Source of the DNA: a virus
Taxonomy: Duplodnaviria; Caudoviricetes
Reading direction: 5' to 3' (one strand)
Virus record (IMG/VR): IMGVR_UViG_3300009169_000027
Span: 1 to 54,297 of that record
DNA length: 54,297 nt
Of this stretch, positions 44,332 through 54,147 are shown piece by piece. How positions within the stretch are numbered: the first letter of the stretch is position 1; every line of letters begins with the position of its first letter. A model generated the notes under the pieces. The model made no database searches. It was not told the origin of the DNA and saw nothing but the letters and a program-made list of their open reading frames with translations. The translations under genes and the position numbers were made by a program.

Positions 44332-45531
44332 ATGGACATGAACAAGCTCATCGAGGAAATCAACCGCGCAACGACCGAGCTGCGGTCGTACGTCGATCGC
44401 AAGATCGAGGAGACGTCGAAAACCGGCGCTCCCGATCCGACGACTGTCGCCGCGATCGAGAAGGCGAACGCCGACATCACCGAGCTGCGCAAGCAGTTGG
44501 ATGACGCCGCGAAGGCGGCCCAGCGCCCGGCCAACAACGCCGGTGCCCCGATCGACAAGGAGACCGAAGTTCGCCAAGCCGCGTTCGTCAAGTTTCTGCG
44601 TTATGGTGTTGGAGAGAACGGGCGCTCGCTGATGACCCCGGAGGAGCAGCGTGCGCTGTCCAGCATCGCCGACGCCGATGGTGGTTTCCTCGTCCCGGTG
44701 GCCTGGGAGAACACTGTCCTCATGGCAGCGTACAACGACGCCGAGGTGCGGCCCGTTTGCCAGGTCGGGACGACCGGACGTGACCGCGTCTACATGCCGT
44801 CGCTGAAGAAGCCAGCCGTGGCGTGGGGCGTGGCAACGCTGGCGGTGTCGCCGCAGGACCTGACCGCTGGCGGCGAAACGCTGACGATCTTCGACCTGAA
44901 GGCCCTCACGCTGATCCACAACAACACGCTGGACGATGCCGAAGCCGATATCTGGGGCGAACTCAACGGGGCCTTCTCGCGCGCCGTGGCGGAAGCCGAG
45001 GACTCGGCGTTCGTCACTGGTGACGGTGCAACCTCCCCGCAGGGTCTCATGTCGTCCGCTGGCGTGCTGGCGAACTTCACAATTTCCGGCGTGGCCGCGG
45101 CGCTCAGCGATACGACCCACAACGGCGTCGACGCGCTGATCACGATGCTGCAGGCGCTGAAGAAGACCTATCGCCGCAACGCGACCTGGGCCATGAACAG
45201 CACGACCGAAGGTATCGTGCGCCAGCTGAAAGACGACAATGGCGTCTATCTGTGGCAGCCCCCGGTGCAGGCAGGCTCCCCGGCTCTCCTGCTGGGCCGT
45301 CCGCTGATCAACCCCGAAGGCATGGCCGACATCGGCGCTGGTGCGTTCCCGATCGCACTCGGCGACTTCCGGAGCGGGTACAAGATTCGCGACCGCGCCG
45401 GCATCACGGTCCAGCGCCTGATCGAACGTTACGCCGAATACGACCAGACCGGTTTCATCGTGAAGCGTCGCACCGGCGGCAAGGTCGTGATGCCCGAGGC
45501 GTTCCGCGTCCTGAAGATCGCGGCCTCCTAA
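44332..45531 (+). CDS. Major capsid protein (HK97 fold, N-terminal delta domain)
   Basis: Coiled-coil N-terminus; DGGFLVP; GDG...PQGL; LKDDNGVYLW; LLGRP; GDF. Confidence 0.95.
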   Translation: MDMNKLIEEINRATTELRSYVDRKIEETSKTGAPDPTTVAAIEKANADITELRKQLDDAAKAAQRPANNAGAPIDKETEVRQAAFVKFLRYGVGENGRSLMTPEEQRALSSIADADGGFLVPVAWENTVLMAAYNDAEVRPVCQVGTTGRDRVYMPSLKKPAVAWGVATLAVSPQDLTAGGETLTIFDLKALTLIHNNTLDDAEADIWGELNGAFSRAVAEAEDSAFVTGDGATSPQGLMSSAGVLANFTISGVAAALSDTTHNGVDALITMLQALKKTYRRNATWAMNSTTEGIVRQLKDDNGVYLWQPPVQAGSPALLLGRPLINPEGMADIGAGAFPIALGDFRSGYKIRDRAGITVQRLIERYAEYDQTGFIVKRRTGGKVVMPEAFRVLKIAAS

Positions 45532-45568
45532 TCGTCGCGAACACTGAAACCAATTTCGGAGAACACAC

Positions 45569-45961
45569 ATGAAGCATGATCTGAAAAGCAACTTCGCCAT
45601 CACCGAGAACTTCGCGGCGGGCCTGTTCGCCAGCGGGGCCAACAGCGGCGCGGCGATCGACATGAGCCTGTACCTGAGCGCGGCTTTCGCCCTGGCGATG
45701 ACGCTGGACGGTACGAGCGGCAACGTGGTCTGCAAGCTGCAACACAGCGCAGACGGCAGCACCGACTGGACCGACGAGGTGGCCGGCGCTGGCAACACCA
45801 GCGACGCGTTGACGCTTACCAATGACGGCGACTTCGGAGTTCTGCACGTGATCAATCCGCGCCGCCGTTATTACAAGGTGCTGATGACCTCCGACGTCGC
45901 CGATGCTGCCGGTGTCTGCGTCGCGATCGCTGGTCCCAAGACGAGCGTCACCCCGACGTAA
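45569..45961 (+). CDS. Capsid decoration protein (putative)
   Basis: Directly after MCP; KLQHS.DG..W...RYYKV beta sandwich. Confidence 0.55.
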   Translation: MKHDLKSNFAITENFAAGLFASGANSGAAIDMSLYLSAAFALAMTLDGTSGNVVCKLQHSADGSTDWTDEVAGAGNTSDALTLTNDGDFGVLHVINPRRRYYKVLMTSDVADAAGVCVAIAGPKTSVTPT

Positions 45962-45979
45962 TCAAGAGCCTCGTTAGCC

Positions 45980-46513
45980 GTGCTGACACTCGTAACCTTC
46001 AGCGAACTCCAATCTATGCTCGGCCTCGAGAAGGCCAGCATAGACGAGTACCCATCGCTGAAGGTTCTTGTGACGTCGGTCTACGAGGCTTTTGAGAGCT
46101 ACACGGGGCGCGCGTTCGAGCTCGATACCTACACCGAAACAGTCGAGGTCGACGGGTTTCACGTACCCCTCAAGGCCTTGCCGGTCTCGGCCGTGGCTGC
46201 GATAACTCCGACGGATGGTGGTGCTACCCCACCGACCCTGGAAGCGGCGCAAATTCGGGCCTTTGGCTTGATCCTGGCAGCATCGTTTGACGGACCCCTG
46301 GCCGTAACCTACACCGGGGGCTATGAGGACCGGCCCGATCCGCTGCACCGTGCGGCGCTGCTGCAGGTCCTTCACGAGTGGCAGCGGCGGGATACGATCG
46401 GCGCAACCTCGGTGTCGACCGATGGTGGTTCTACAAGCTGGCCGGAACTCGGGCTGCTGAAAGAAGTCAAACGATTGTTGGACCCGTTCGTCCATACGGC
46501 GAAGGTGTGGTGA
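45980..46513 (+). CDS. Head-tail connector (gp6-like)
   Basis: LVTFSEL...ESYTGRAF...VTYTGGY...P..L..A.L...VKRLLDPF. Confidence 0.8.
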   Translation: MLTLVTFSELQSMLGLEKASIDEYPSLKVLVTSVYEAFESYTGRAFELDTYTETVEVDGFHVPLKALPVSAVAAITPTDGGATPPTLEAAQIRAFGLILAASFDGPLAVTYTGGYEDRPDPLHRAALLQVLHEWQRRDTIGATSVSTDGGSTSWPELGLLKEVKRLLDPFVHTAKVW

Positions 46514-46514
46514 C

Positions 46515-47093
46515 GTGGCATCCGTTGAAGTCATCGGCGCTACCGAGGTTGGCAGATTCCTGGCGATCCTCCCGGCCCACTTGTTTGAAGCAGCGAAGGC
46601 GGCGATCGCAACCGCTACGTTTGCAACACACGAGCGGGTGCTGCGGAACCTCCGTGGGACGCCGATGCAATCGCGCACGGGCAACCTGGCACGATCGATC
46701 ATCCCCAAAGTCGAGGGCACCGACTTCACGGACCTCCGCGGGCGCGTCTACAGCACGGCACTCTACGCACGTATCCACGAGCTCGGGGGTACGGTCAAGG
46801 CGCGCGACAAGTATCGCTGGCTCCCTGGCGGTCCGTACCTGAACATTCCAACGGACGACAACAAGACAGCAGCCGGCGTTATGCGTATGACGTCAACGAT
46901 GGTCTTCGCTGCCGGTGGGCGTGTGATGGTTGGTCCCGAAGGCTTCGGTCTTTACCTCCAAGGGAAGCAGAAGTTTCGTTTCGCGAAGGAGGTCTCAATC
47001 AAGCCTCAACTCGGAATGCGGGACGCGGCAGAAGCGGAGATTCCGCCGCTGCTCGGGTCTCTTAACAAGATGCTGCTGGAGGGACTCCAGTGA
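46515..47093 (+). CDS. Neck / tail-completion protein (HK97 gp10-like)
   Basis: RTGNLARSI...YARIHELGG. Confidence 0.7.
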   Translation: MASVEVIGATEVGRFLAILPAHLFEAAKAAIATATFATHERVLRNLRGTPMQSRTGNLARSIIPKVEGTDFTDLRGRVYSTALYARIHELGGTVKARDKYRWLPGGPYLNIPTDDNKTAAGVMRMTSTMVFAAGGRVMVGPEGFGLYLQGKQKFRFAKEVSIKPQLGMRDAAEAEIPPLLGSLNKMLLEGLQ

Positions 47094-47578
47094 CGCCGCA
47101 ACAACAGATCCTCGACGCCGTGGAGGCGCGCCTTGGCTTGATCACAGCAGCGCACGGGTACCACACCACGATGGGCCGGATACGTCGGTCCACGCTGAAA
47201 CCGTTCATCGAGGAAGACCTGCCAGCAGTGAACTATTGGCCCGGCGTTGATGCGCAGGTCCTGAAGGGCGCCGGGTGGGTTGATCGCGAACTCAACGTTG
47301 TCCTTGAGTATTACGACAAAACGCGCGACCGGCCGTTTGCCGACGTGGCGCTGGAGCTCGCCGGCGACATCGCTGTTGCGATGGTTCGATCGCCTTTGAA
47401 TCCAAACGTTTCCGACGACCCCGATCTAACGCTCGGCGGCCTCGTTCGGAGTTCTCAACTGCTGACAATAACGCCGCAGGTGGGCGACGGTCAGAGTCCT
47501 TGGTGCGGTGCCCTTGTCACGTACACGTTTGTCTACCGAACGACGGCGAGCAACCCTCTCACGCTTATCAACCAATGA
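47090..47578 (+). CDS. Tail terminator protein
   Basis: Position; ILDAVEARL..I...GY...DLPAV...DLTLGGL. Confidence 0.65.
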   Translation: MTPQQQILDAVEARLGLITAAHGYHTTMGRIRRSTLKPFIEEDLPAVNYWPGVDAQVLKGAGWVDRELNVVLEYYDKTRDRPFADVALELAGDIAVAMVRSPLNPNVSDDPDLTLGGLVRSSQLLTITPQVGDGQSPWCGALVTYTFVYRTTASNPLTLINQ

Positions 47579-47590
47579 AGGAGCATAGTC

Positions 47591-48574
47591 ATGTCGACTG
47601 CTGAAAATGCAAAACTGCAATACGAAGCCGGACAGAACGCTGTCGCAATGGCCGCGCTCACCGACTCAGGCGATCACAAAATCTTCGAGAGTGCGGCTAC
47701 GCTGTGGTCCGGAAAGGCTGGCTACGCGCCGATCGTTCGTCCCAACGGACTGCTGACTGGCGGCGCCGTTGTCCCCGCCGCAGCGGCTGGTACCGATGAC
47801 GTCGACGTGTCAGCGCTGACGTGCAATCTGGCCGGTGTTGTCACCGCCGTCGGCGCGGCGGCGGACGTTGCCATCACCCGCCCCGCCACTGCCGTCGCAA
47901 AGATCAACTCGATCACCGTGAACTCAAGCGGCGCCATCGTCGTCGTCGCTGGCACGGACAGCGCCACGTCGGCGTTCTCTGAGACGCGCAACGCGGCTGG
48001 TGGCCCTCCGTTTATCCCTGTCGGCTCGATCGAGGTGGCGCAGGTGCGCGTGACCTCGAACACCGCAGCCATCATTACCGCGGAGCAGATTTTCCAAGTC
48101 GTCGGCCTGCATCGTGAACGCGCCGACTTCCCGCTGTACGACATCAACTACGACGGCGGAACTGTCACGTTCTTGGATGCGCTGCCGCTGATCCACACCG
48201 CCTCGGTGCCGAAAGCCGTATATGCGCAGTACGCGTCTCCGATCTTTGGCGACGTTTCGCTGGCCTCCGATTTCGTGCCGCCGGAAACGACGCACAGCGT
48301 GACGTCGACGCAAATCTACGGCGGCACGATCGGCAGCACCTCCAGCACCTTGGGACAAGGTTCGTTCACCGCGTTCCTCAACGACGGCGTCGGCGATTCG
48401 CTCGTGACACTGAAGAACGAGACGCTGTGGTTCAAGTTCTACCCCGATCGCTACAAGACCCCGTATCTGCTGGCGCAGGGCAAGCTCGGCATCGCGCGCA
48501 CGTTCCCGGCAGCCGATCAAATTCAAGCAGCCTGCACGATCAGTGCGCAAACGACGGCGCGTGAAGTTTCGTGA
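47591..48574 (+). CDS. Major tail (tube) protein
   Basis: Position before the chaperone and tape measure; strong RBS; beta-rich. Confidence 0.65.
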   Translation: MSTAENAKLQYEAGQNAVAMAALTDSGDHKIFESAATLWSGKAGYAPIVRPNGLLTGGAVVPAAAAGTDDVDVSALTCNLAGVVTAVGAAADVAITRPATAVAKINSITVNSSGAIVVVAGTDSATSAFSETRNAAGGPPFIPVGSIEVAQVRVTSNTAAIITAEQIFQVVGLHRERADFPLYDINYDGGTVTFLDALPLIHTASVPKAVYAQYASPIFGDVSLASDFVPPETTHSVTSTQIYGGTIGSTSSTLGQGSFTAFLNDGVGDSLVTLKNETLWFKFYPDRYKTPYLLAQGKLGIARTFPAADQIQAACTISAQTTAREVS

Positions 48575-49035
48575 GCGCCTTCCTGTCCGACAAGTTCGCG
48601 GCTGCCAAGTTCGAGCCGCGAACTGAACGTTACCCGGTCCCGCCGTTGGCAGACTTCTTTGCCGACGGCGCGGAGCCGGTGTTGGTCATCCGCGGTCTTA
48701 CTGCGAATGAGTTGCACAAAGCCAATGAGGCCGGGACACGACAGAACGCCGTCGAGGCTGTGGTCAAGGCGATCACAACGCAGAAAGACCAGATCGACAC
48801 CATACGCAAGGCGCTCGGCCTCACGTCCGATACGCCAGGCGAAATTGCAAAGCGCATGGAGATGCTGTTGCACGGGTGCGTCGAACCTGTACTGACGCAC
48901 GCCGACGTTGCCAAGATCGCGGAGGTTTGTCCGATTGAATTCTACGAGGTCACGAACAAGATTGGTCTGCTCACGGGCCAGGGGTCCAGCCGGGTAAAAT
49001 CGCAACCCTCCTCGCAAACGATCGCTCCACAATAG
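48571..49035 (+). CDS. Tail assembly chaperone (G-like)
   Basis: Between tail tube and tape measure; IRGLTANE. Confidence 0.7.
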   Translation: MSAFLSDKFAAAKFEPRTERYPVPPLADFFADGAEPVLVIRGLTANELHKANEAGTRQNAVEAVVKAITTQKDQIDTIRKALGLTSDTPGEIAKRMEMLLHGCVEPVLTHADVAKIAEVCPIEFYEVTNKIGLLTGQGSSRVKSQPSSQTIAPQ

Positions 49036-49175
49036 CGAGTCTTCAGCTATGTGAGTTGCGGGGAGGGTTTCTCTACCAGCATCGCCCCGACATGTTCCCG
49101 CAGGGCTATCTAACGCAAGACGAAATTAGCCTCTGGGCGTGGTACTACGAGAACAAGGGGCAGATAAGTGGCTGA
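48993..49175 (+). CDS. -1 frame extension of the chaperone (GT-like)
   Basis: Open -1 frame from GGGTAAAA at 48992-48999: KIATLLAND...LTQDEISLWAWYYENKGQISG*, ending at the tape-measure start. Confidence 0.65.
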   Translation, partial: GKIATLLANDRSTIASLQLCELRGGFLYQHRPDMFPQGYLTQDEISLWAWYYENKGQISG

Positions 49176-51936
49176 TGTCCAGAAGACGATTGAGATCATA
49201 TTCGGGGCGATTGACAACACCTCGGGTGTGCTCCAATCGGTCGGCGCTGGCATCAAGAGCTTCGCCGACGGCGCTAAGGACGCCATCGCTCCGCTTAATG
49301 CGGCGGCGGATACGATCAAGAAAGTCGACACCGCGGTTGTCGCCCTCGGCCTCGCGTTCGGTGGCGCAGCACTTCTCGAGGCCGGCAAGTTTGGTGGGGC
49401 AGTAGCCGAGATCGGCACACTGTTCGGCGGCACGGACTCCCAGGTTGCGCAGCTCGAGACGAGCATTAAGAACTACGCAACCACCTCCACAAAATCGATT
49501 GAAGACATTAACGGGGCGATCTACACCGCAGTCTCCGCCGGTGTTGCGTGGGAGAAGTCGATCGAGTTCGTTACCGCGGCGGAGAAATTATCCGTCGCCG
49601 GCAAGGCCGACCTACAGGCCACGACGCTCGCGCTGACCGGAACGATGAACGCGTACGGTGCCAAGACCGACGAGGCGGGCAAGTACAGCGATTTGATGTT
49701 CAAGACCATCCAGCTCGGGCAAACGACGTTACCTGAGTTAGCGACGTCGTTGTCCATGGTCACGGCAACCGCTGCAGCAGGTAAGTTACCTTTCGAGCAA
49801 GTCGCCGCGGCTGTCGCTGGACTGACCGCTGCTGGTGTCCCAACATCGCAAGCGATGACTGGCATTAACGCGGCGCTCGTCGGCATCATCAGCCCGACGA
49901 AAGAGGCCGCGGAAAAAGCAGCGGAACTCGGCATCCAGTTCAACGCGCAAGCCCTGGAGTCAAAAGGTCTGAGCGGCGTTCTCGCCGACGTTCAAAAGGC
50001 GACCGGCGGCAACGTGACAGAAATGGCCACGCTGTTCACGAGCATCGAGGCGTTGAAGGCCGCCACCGCACTCGGCGCGGATAAGTCCGGTGTTTACGCT
50101 AAAGCTCTTACCGACATGAGTACGGCCGCTGGCGTCACCGACGGCGCGTACAAGGCTCTGTCGCAGACGCTAGAGAACACAACGCAGACGCTAAAGAACA
50201 ACGCCAACGTTCTGCTCATCGAGGTTGGCCAGCGTTTGGAAGGCGGATTCGCTGGCATTATTTCGAGCATCACTGACGTCTTCAAGTCGCTCACCGTCAG
50301 TGTTAACGCGGGCGCGTTCGATGAGGTCTTTGCAGCGGTCAACGGCGTAACCGGGCGCATCAGCGAATTCTTGAAAGGCGTTGCGGCCGCCCTTCCGGAA
50401 GCGCTAGAGGGTGTCGACTTCGGCAAGTTCGCCGGCGCGATCGAAACACTCGCGGACTCACTCGGCGGCATCTTTGGTGACCTCGATCTAACGTCTGTTG
50501 AAGGTTTGCGCGCGGCCATTCAGACCGCGGTTGATGTAATTGGCAATCTGATCACGGCCGGCGCTGGCATAGTCGATGCGTGGGGCGATGCTGTGCAAGC
50601 GGCGATGCCACTCATCCAGGCTTTCGGCAACCTGAATTCTGAGACAGTGAAATCGGGCGGCTACATCCTCGGCCTGGCCGACGTGATGACGGCGCTACTC
50701 CCGGCCATCGGTTCCGTCGGCGGCGCTATCGAAGCGTTGGGCACCGGCCTGTCGTTGCTCGGCACGGCGAAGCTCGGCGCGCTCGCGGTCAACATCGCAA
50801 GCAGCGCTACAGCGATGGGTGTTCTGACCACTGCAGCGGGAACGCTGGGCAGCGCGATCGGTATCGCGGGCGCGGCGGGCGCGGCGGGCGCGGCGGGCTA
50901 CGCTGTCGGGACGGTCCTGGCCGACGGTATCGATTACGTTGTCGACAAGATGACCGGCAGCGGATCGCTGGGCGGACTGATCTACGACCTGACACACAAC
51001 ACGGACGAGCTCGCCGCGTCGGCACCCAAAGCGGCAGAGGCACTGACCGGTGTTGGTGAGTCGGCAGCCTCAACAGCAACCAGCCTCGACACAGCCACCG
51101 AGGCTTCGGGCGATTCGATCCGCGTCGCCAACGCGATGGTGGACCCGTTCGGCGCTGCAAATAAGGCGATGCTCGATCAAGCCGCCGCGGCGGAAAAGAC
51201 AGCCTCGGAGTCGAACAAGCTCACAACGGCAAACGAGAACGTAAAGACAGGCATCAAGGGCGTTGAGACTGTTGTCGACGCGGCGACGGGGAAGGTGATC
51301 GGCTACAAAGACGCGGTCGGTGGCGTAGCGACGTCAACTAAAGACGCTGGCGAAGCGTCTAAAAGTGCGTCGGTGGACTTGTCGTCAACGTCCGCCATCA
51401 TGACTCAACTTGGCTCCGGCGTTAAGTTGACAAGCGATCAACTCATAACGTTAGCCAAGAACACGAAAGATGCCGAAATCAAGCTGGAGGAAATCGCCAG
51501 CAACGAACGCATCAAGCTCATCGAAGCCGTCGTCACTCTCAATGTCGCGCAGATTGAGGCTCAGGCCAAACAGGTTGTCGCCGCATTCGATTCGATCAAC
51601 GTCGGCATTGAGTCGACCGGCGACCTGCTCGGCGAGTTGTTCGGCCTGTTCAAGGACGAAAACAATCTGAGCTGGAGCGCGATGTCGGACATTCGCGATC
51701 AGATCGAGTTGGAGAATCAATGGCGCGCGCAAGAGTTTGAATTGCAAAAGCAAATTGCGGAGGCGACCATCGCCAACATGCGTGCGCAGACCGATGCGAT
51801 GCTCCGAGGTGATGGCATGATCAAGATCGACGGCAGTGGGTTGGCGCCGCACCTTGAAGCGTTCATGTGGGAAGTGCTGAAGGCCGTGCAGATTCGTGTC
51901 AATCAACAAGGCCTGAAACTGCTTCTGGGGATTTGA
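49168..51936 (+). CDS. Tape measure protein
   Basis: 922 aa, Ala/Gly-rich helical; TP901-like core (GQTTLPELATSL, AAELGI). Confidence 0.92.
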   Translation: MADVQKTIEIIFGAIDNTSGVLQSVGAGIKSFADGAKDAIAPLNAAADTIKKVDTAVVALGLAFGGAALLEAGKFGGAVAEIGTLFGGTDSQVAQLETSIKNYATTSTKSIEDINGAIYTAVSAGVAWEKSIEFVTAAEKLSVAGKADLQATTLALTGTMNAYGAKTDEAGKYSDLMFKTIQLGQTTLPELATSLSMVTATAAAGKLPFEQVAAAVAGLTAAGVPTSQAMTGINAALVGIISPTKEAAEKAAELGIQFNAQALESKGLSGVLADVQKATGGNVTEMATLFTSIEALKAATALGADKSGVYAKALTDMSTAAGVTDGAYKALSQTLENTTQTLKNNANVLLIEVGQRLEGGFAGIISSITDVFKSLTVSVNAGAFDEVFAAVNGVTGRISEFLKGVAAALPEALEGVDFGKFAGAIETLADSLGGIFGDLDLTSVEGLRAAIQTAVDVIGNLITAGAGIVDAWGDAVQAAMPLIQAFGNLNSETVKSGGYILGLADVMTALLPAIGSVGGAIEALGTGLSLLGTAKLGALAVNIASSATAMGVLTTAAGTLGSAIGIAGAAGAAGAAGYAVGTVLADGIDYVVDKMTGSGSLGGLIYDLTHNTDELAASAPKAAEALTGVGESAASTATSLDTATEASGDSIRVANAMVDPFGAANKAMLDQAAAAEKTASESNKLTTANENVKTGIKGVETVVDAATGKVIGYKDAVGGVATSTKDAGEASKSASVDLSSTSAIMTQLGSGVKLTSDQLITLAKNTKDAEIKLEEIASNERIKLIEAVVTLNVAQIEAQAKQVVAAFDSINVGIESTGDLLGELFGLFKDENNLSWSAMSDIRDQIELENQWRAQEFELQKQIAEATIANMRAQTDAMLRGDGMIKIDGSGLAPHLEAFMWEVLKAVQIRVNQQGLKLLLGI

Positions 51937-51937
51937 A

Positions 51938-52291
51938 ATGCACGCGTATCTTTCAGCACCAACTTTTGATCCTCTCGGTTTCATCCAGATCGAGTTGCTG
52001 CCCGATACCGTCTCGCCGGAAAAGAGGCGCCGCACAAATCGCATCCCGACACTGGACGGTGGAGCTGCGTTTAATGACTTTGGTTACGCAGACGCTGACC
52101 TGCAAATTGATCTGCTATGGCGCCCGAACGCCACCGCTGACGCAGCAGTCGATCGTCTCATTCAGCTGTACGGCGTCGTCACCGTTTCCACACGCGACGG
52201 CGTCTTCAGTGCGATACCCGATCTCTACGTTCCAGGCGCGGATCGATCGTCGTTGCGATTGCTAGTGCTTGAACGACTTTCAACCGTCTAA
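51938..52291 (+). CDS. Distal tail (Dit-like) protein
   Basis: Directly after TMP; RR..R..TLDGG. Confidence 0.55.
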   Translation: MHAYLSAPTFDPLGFIQIELLPDTVSPEKRRRTNRIPTLDGGAAFNDFGYADADLQIDLLWRPNATADAAVDRLIQLYGVVTVSTRDGVFSAIPDLYVPGADRSSLRLLVLERLSTV

Positions 52292-52303
52292 GGGAGCCCG
52301 ACC

Positions 52304-52696
52304 ATGCCAGTGCCGTCAATACCAACGTATTCCCCCGCCGCGAAGATAGCAGCGCACACCTCTTTTCGTGATCTCATTGACAGCGGCGCCGGTGCCGGAT
52401 TCATCCGGCTGCGCTCAAGCGCTGACGTTCTTTTGGGTCAGGTACCGCTGTCCGATCCTTGCGGGACGGTACACGGAACGACCGGGCAACTCACGCTTTC
52501 CATCGCTGGGCCAGACACCGCGGCGGACGCCAGCGGCACCATCGCTTACGGCGAAATCTGCGACTCGGACGGCGATGTTCATTTGGCAATCCCCGCGCAG
52601 GCCGGGAGCGCCCCGGTGTCAGGGAAGATCGTGATGAACACGCTCACCGTTCTTGCTGGTGGGCCAATCGACGTCATCTCGGCAACGATCGGTTAA
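52304..52696 (+). CDS. Minor tail protein
   Basis: Tail module; ADASGT.AY..I.DSDG. Confidence 0.6.
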   Translation: MPVPSIPTYSPAAKIAAHTSFRDLIDSGAGAGFIRLRSSADVLLGQVPLSDPCGTVHGTTGQLTLSIAGPDTAADASGTIAYGEICDSDGDVHLAIPAQAGSAPVSGKIVMNTLTVLAGGPIDVISATIG

Positions 52697-52711
52697 GCGC
52701 GAGTTTCGGGT

Positions 52712-54145
52712 ATGCCGTCTGTCGTCTTTGGTGGCAACCAGCAACTGACCTACACGGTCGGCACGGGCGCTACATCGCCCGTGGATACGTATGCCGCATG
52801 GGCGGCAGACCTCGGTGTTTCCGGTGTCACGACGCTACAGGCGCTGGACTCAGACGACACGGGCTTTAGCGCATTGCTAGCGAACACCTTCTTCGAGGGT
52901 GGATCGACCGGGCTGATGTTTTCGTCCGAGGCAGCACTCGGCTTCTACCGAACAGCGCCGGCTAACACGACCAGCACGAGCTATACGGTCTCCAACATTT
53001 CTCGAATGTACGGCCTGACCTCGAGGCCGACACTTCTGCTGAGTTACCACCCCGCGAATGACCTGAAGTCGTTAGGCTGCAAGATACAGCGCAGCGGCAC
53101 GACCACGATCATTTACGCATACCACGAGCGGTACAACTCCGCGACTTCGCGTTACCACGCGGCGATACGCATAACGCCGCAAAGCATTGAGTTCGTCGGG
53201 CTGGCGGTCGATAGTTCGACGCCGATTTACATGACGGAGATGGTCGAGACGACATCGACAACCGTTGTGCAGCAGGTGCTCGTCGCGCAGCACTCGGCCG
53301 GTGTTAACACGACACTGAGCATCACGGTTGCGACGATTACCCCCGAAGGCATGCTGTCGGATGATAGTGGCCCCCTCGGCGCCCCGTCGGTGTTGGCGCG
53401 GGCACCAGTCTACGGCTGGGTCGAGGTGGACGGTCCACTCGGGGCGCCCGCGCTATTCGGCCAGATTACGATCCTCGGCTGGATCGAAGTCAGCAGCCCG
53501 TTGAATGAGACTGTGGCGGTGTTAGGGGACGTACACCGCGCTGCTGTCATTGTAGTAGACAGCCCGCTTACGGAGAACGTCGGGGTCCTCGGCTTCCATG
53601 ACTTTACAGGCCAAGTCGGCACGTCCCCGACTCGCTACGTCATGGACCTCGTAACACCGTCCGGTGTCGTTCGCGTTCCGATTTCATCGTGGCAGTCCAC
53701 GCAGCAAGTCGATCAGTCGTGCTACGCGCAGTGTGTCGTTCCAGCCTGCTTTAGGTGGACAGAGTACATCGACGCCGCAACAGAGTTCGTTGTATATCGT
53801 GCAGCAAAGAACACCGCGGGCGAAACGTTTGAGCATGAAATGGTTCGATCACCAATCGAGCAGATTGCGTACGATCGCGGAGCACGAAATTACACGGCAA
53901 CAATCAGCGGCTATGGCGCTGCCCTCGTGGTTGATGAAGAACCTCCGGCCATTTACGATCGCACCTTGACCGGGGTGCGTTCGGTGAGCGTTTATAACGG
54001 GCAGATGCGGATACGCTGTGTGATCGACTGGCTCCTTAGGCCGGGTCACCGAGCGTACGTTGATGAAACGACGTCGTTCATCGTTGATTACATCAATTAC
54101 TATTCAAACGATTACGACAGTTACATGGACGTCGGCGAGCGGTAG
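52712..54145 (+). CDS. Minor tail protein
   Basis: Tail module; short GPLGAP repeats; C-terminal DWLLRPG. Confidence 0.6.
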   Translation: MPSVVFGGNQQLTYTVGTGATSPVDTYAAWAADLGVSGVTTLQALDSDDTGFSALLANTFFEGGSTGLMFSSEAALGFYRTAPANTTSTSYTVSNISRMYGLTSRPTLLLSYHPANDLKSLGCKIQRSGTTTIIYAYHERYNSATSRYHAAIRITPQSIEFVGLAVDSSTPIYMTEMVETTSTTVVQQVLVAQHSAGVNTTLSITVATITPEGMLSDDSGPLGAPSVLARAPVYGWVEVDGPLGAPALFGQITILGWIEVSSPLNETVAVLGDVHRAAVIVVDSPLTENVGVLGFHDFTGQVGTSPTRYVMDLVTPSGVVRVPISSWQSTQQVDQSCYAQCVVPACFRWTEYIDAATEFVVYRAAKNTAGETFEHEMVRSPIEQIAYDRGARNYTATISGYGAALVVDEEPPAIYDRTLTGVRSVSVYNGQMRIRCVIDWLLRPGHRAYVDETTSFIVDYINYYSNDYDSYMDVGER

Positions 54146-54147
54146 CG

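Noticed and set aside
44311-45855. 514-aa antisense ORF (likewise 2572-3669, 23731-24555, 37725-38801)
   Set aside because: Shadow ORFs opposite well-supported genes in GC-rich DNA, with no motifs or RBS
50865-50900. GCGGGCGCG tandem repeat in the tape measure gene
   Set aside because: Simple in-frame Ala/Gly coding repeat
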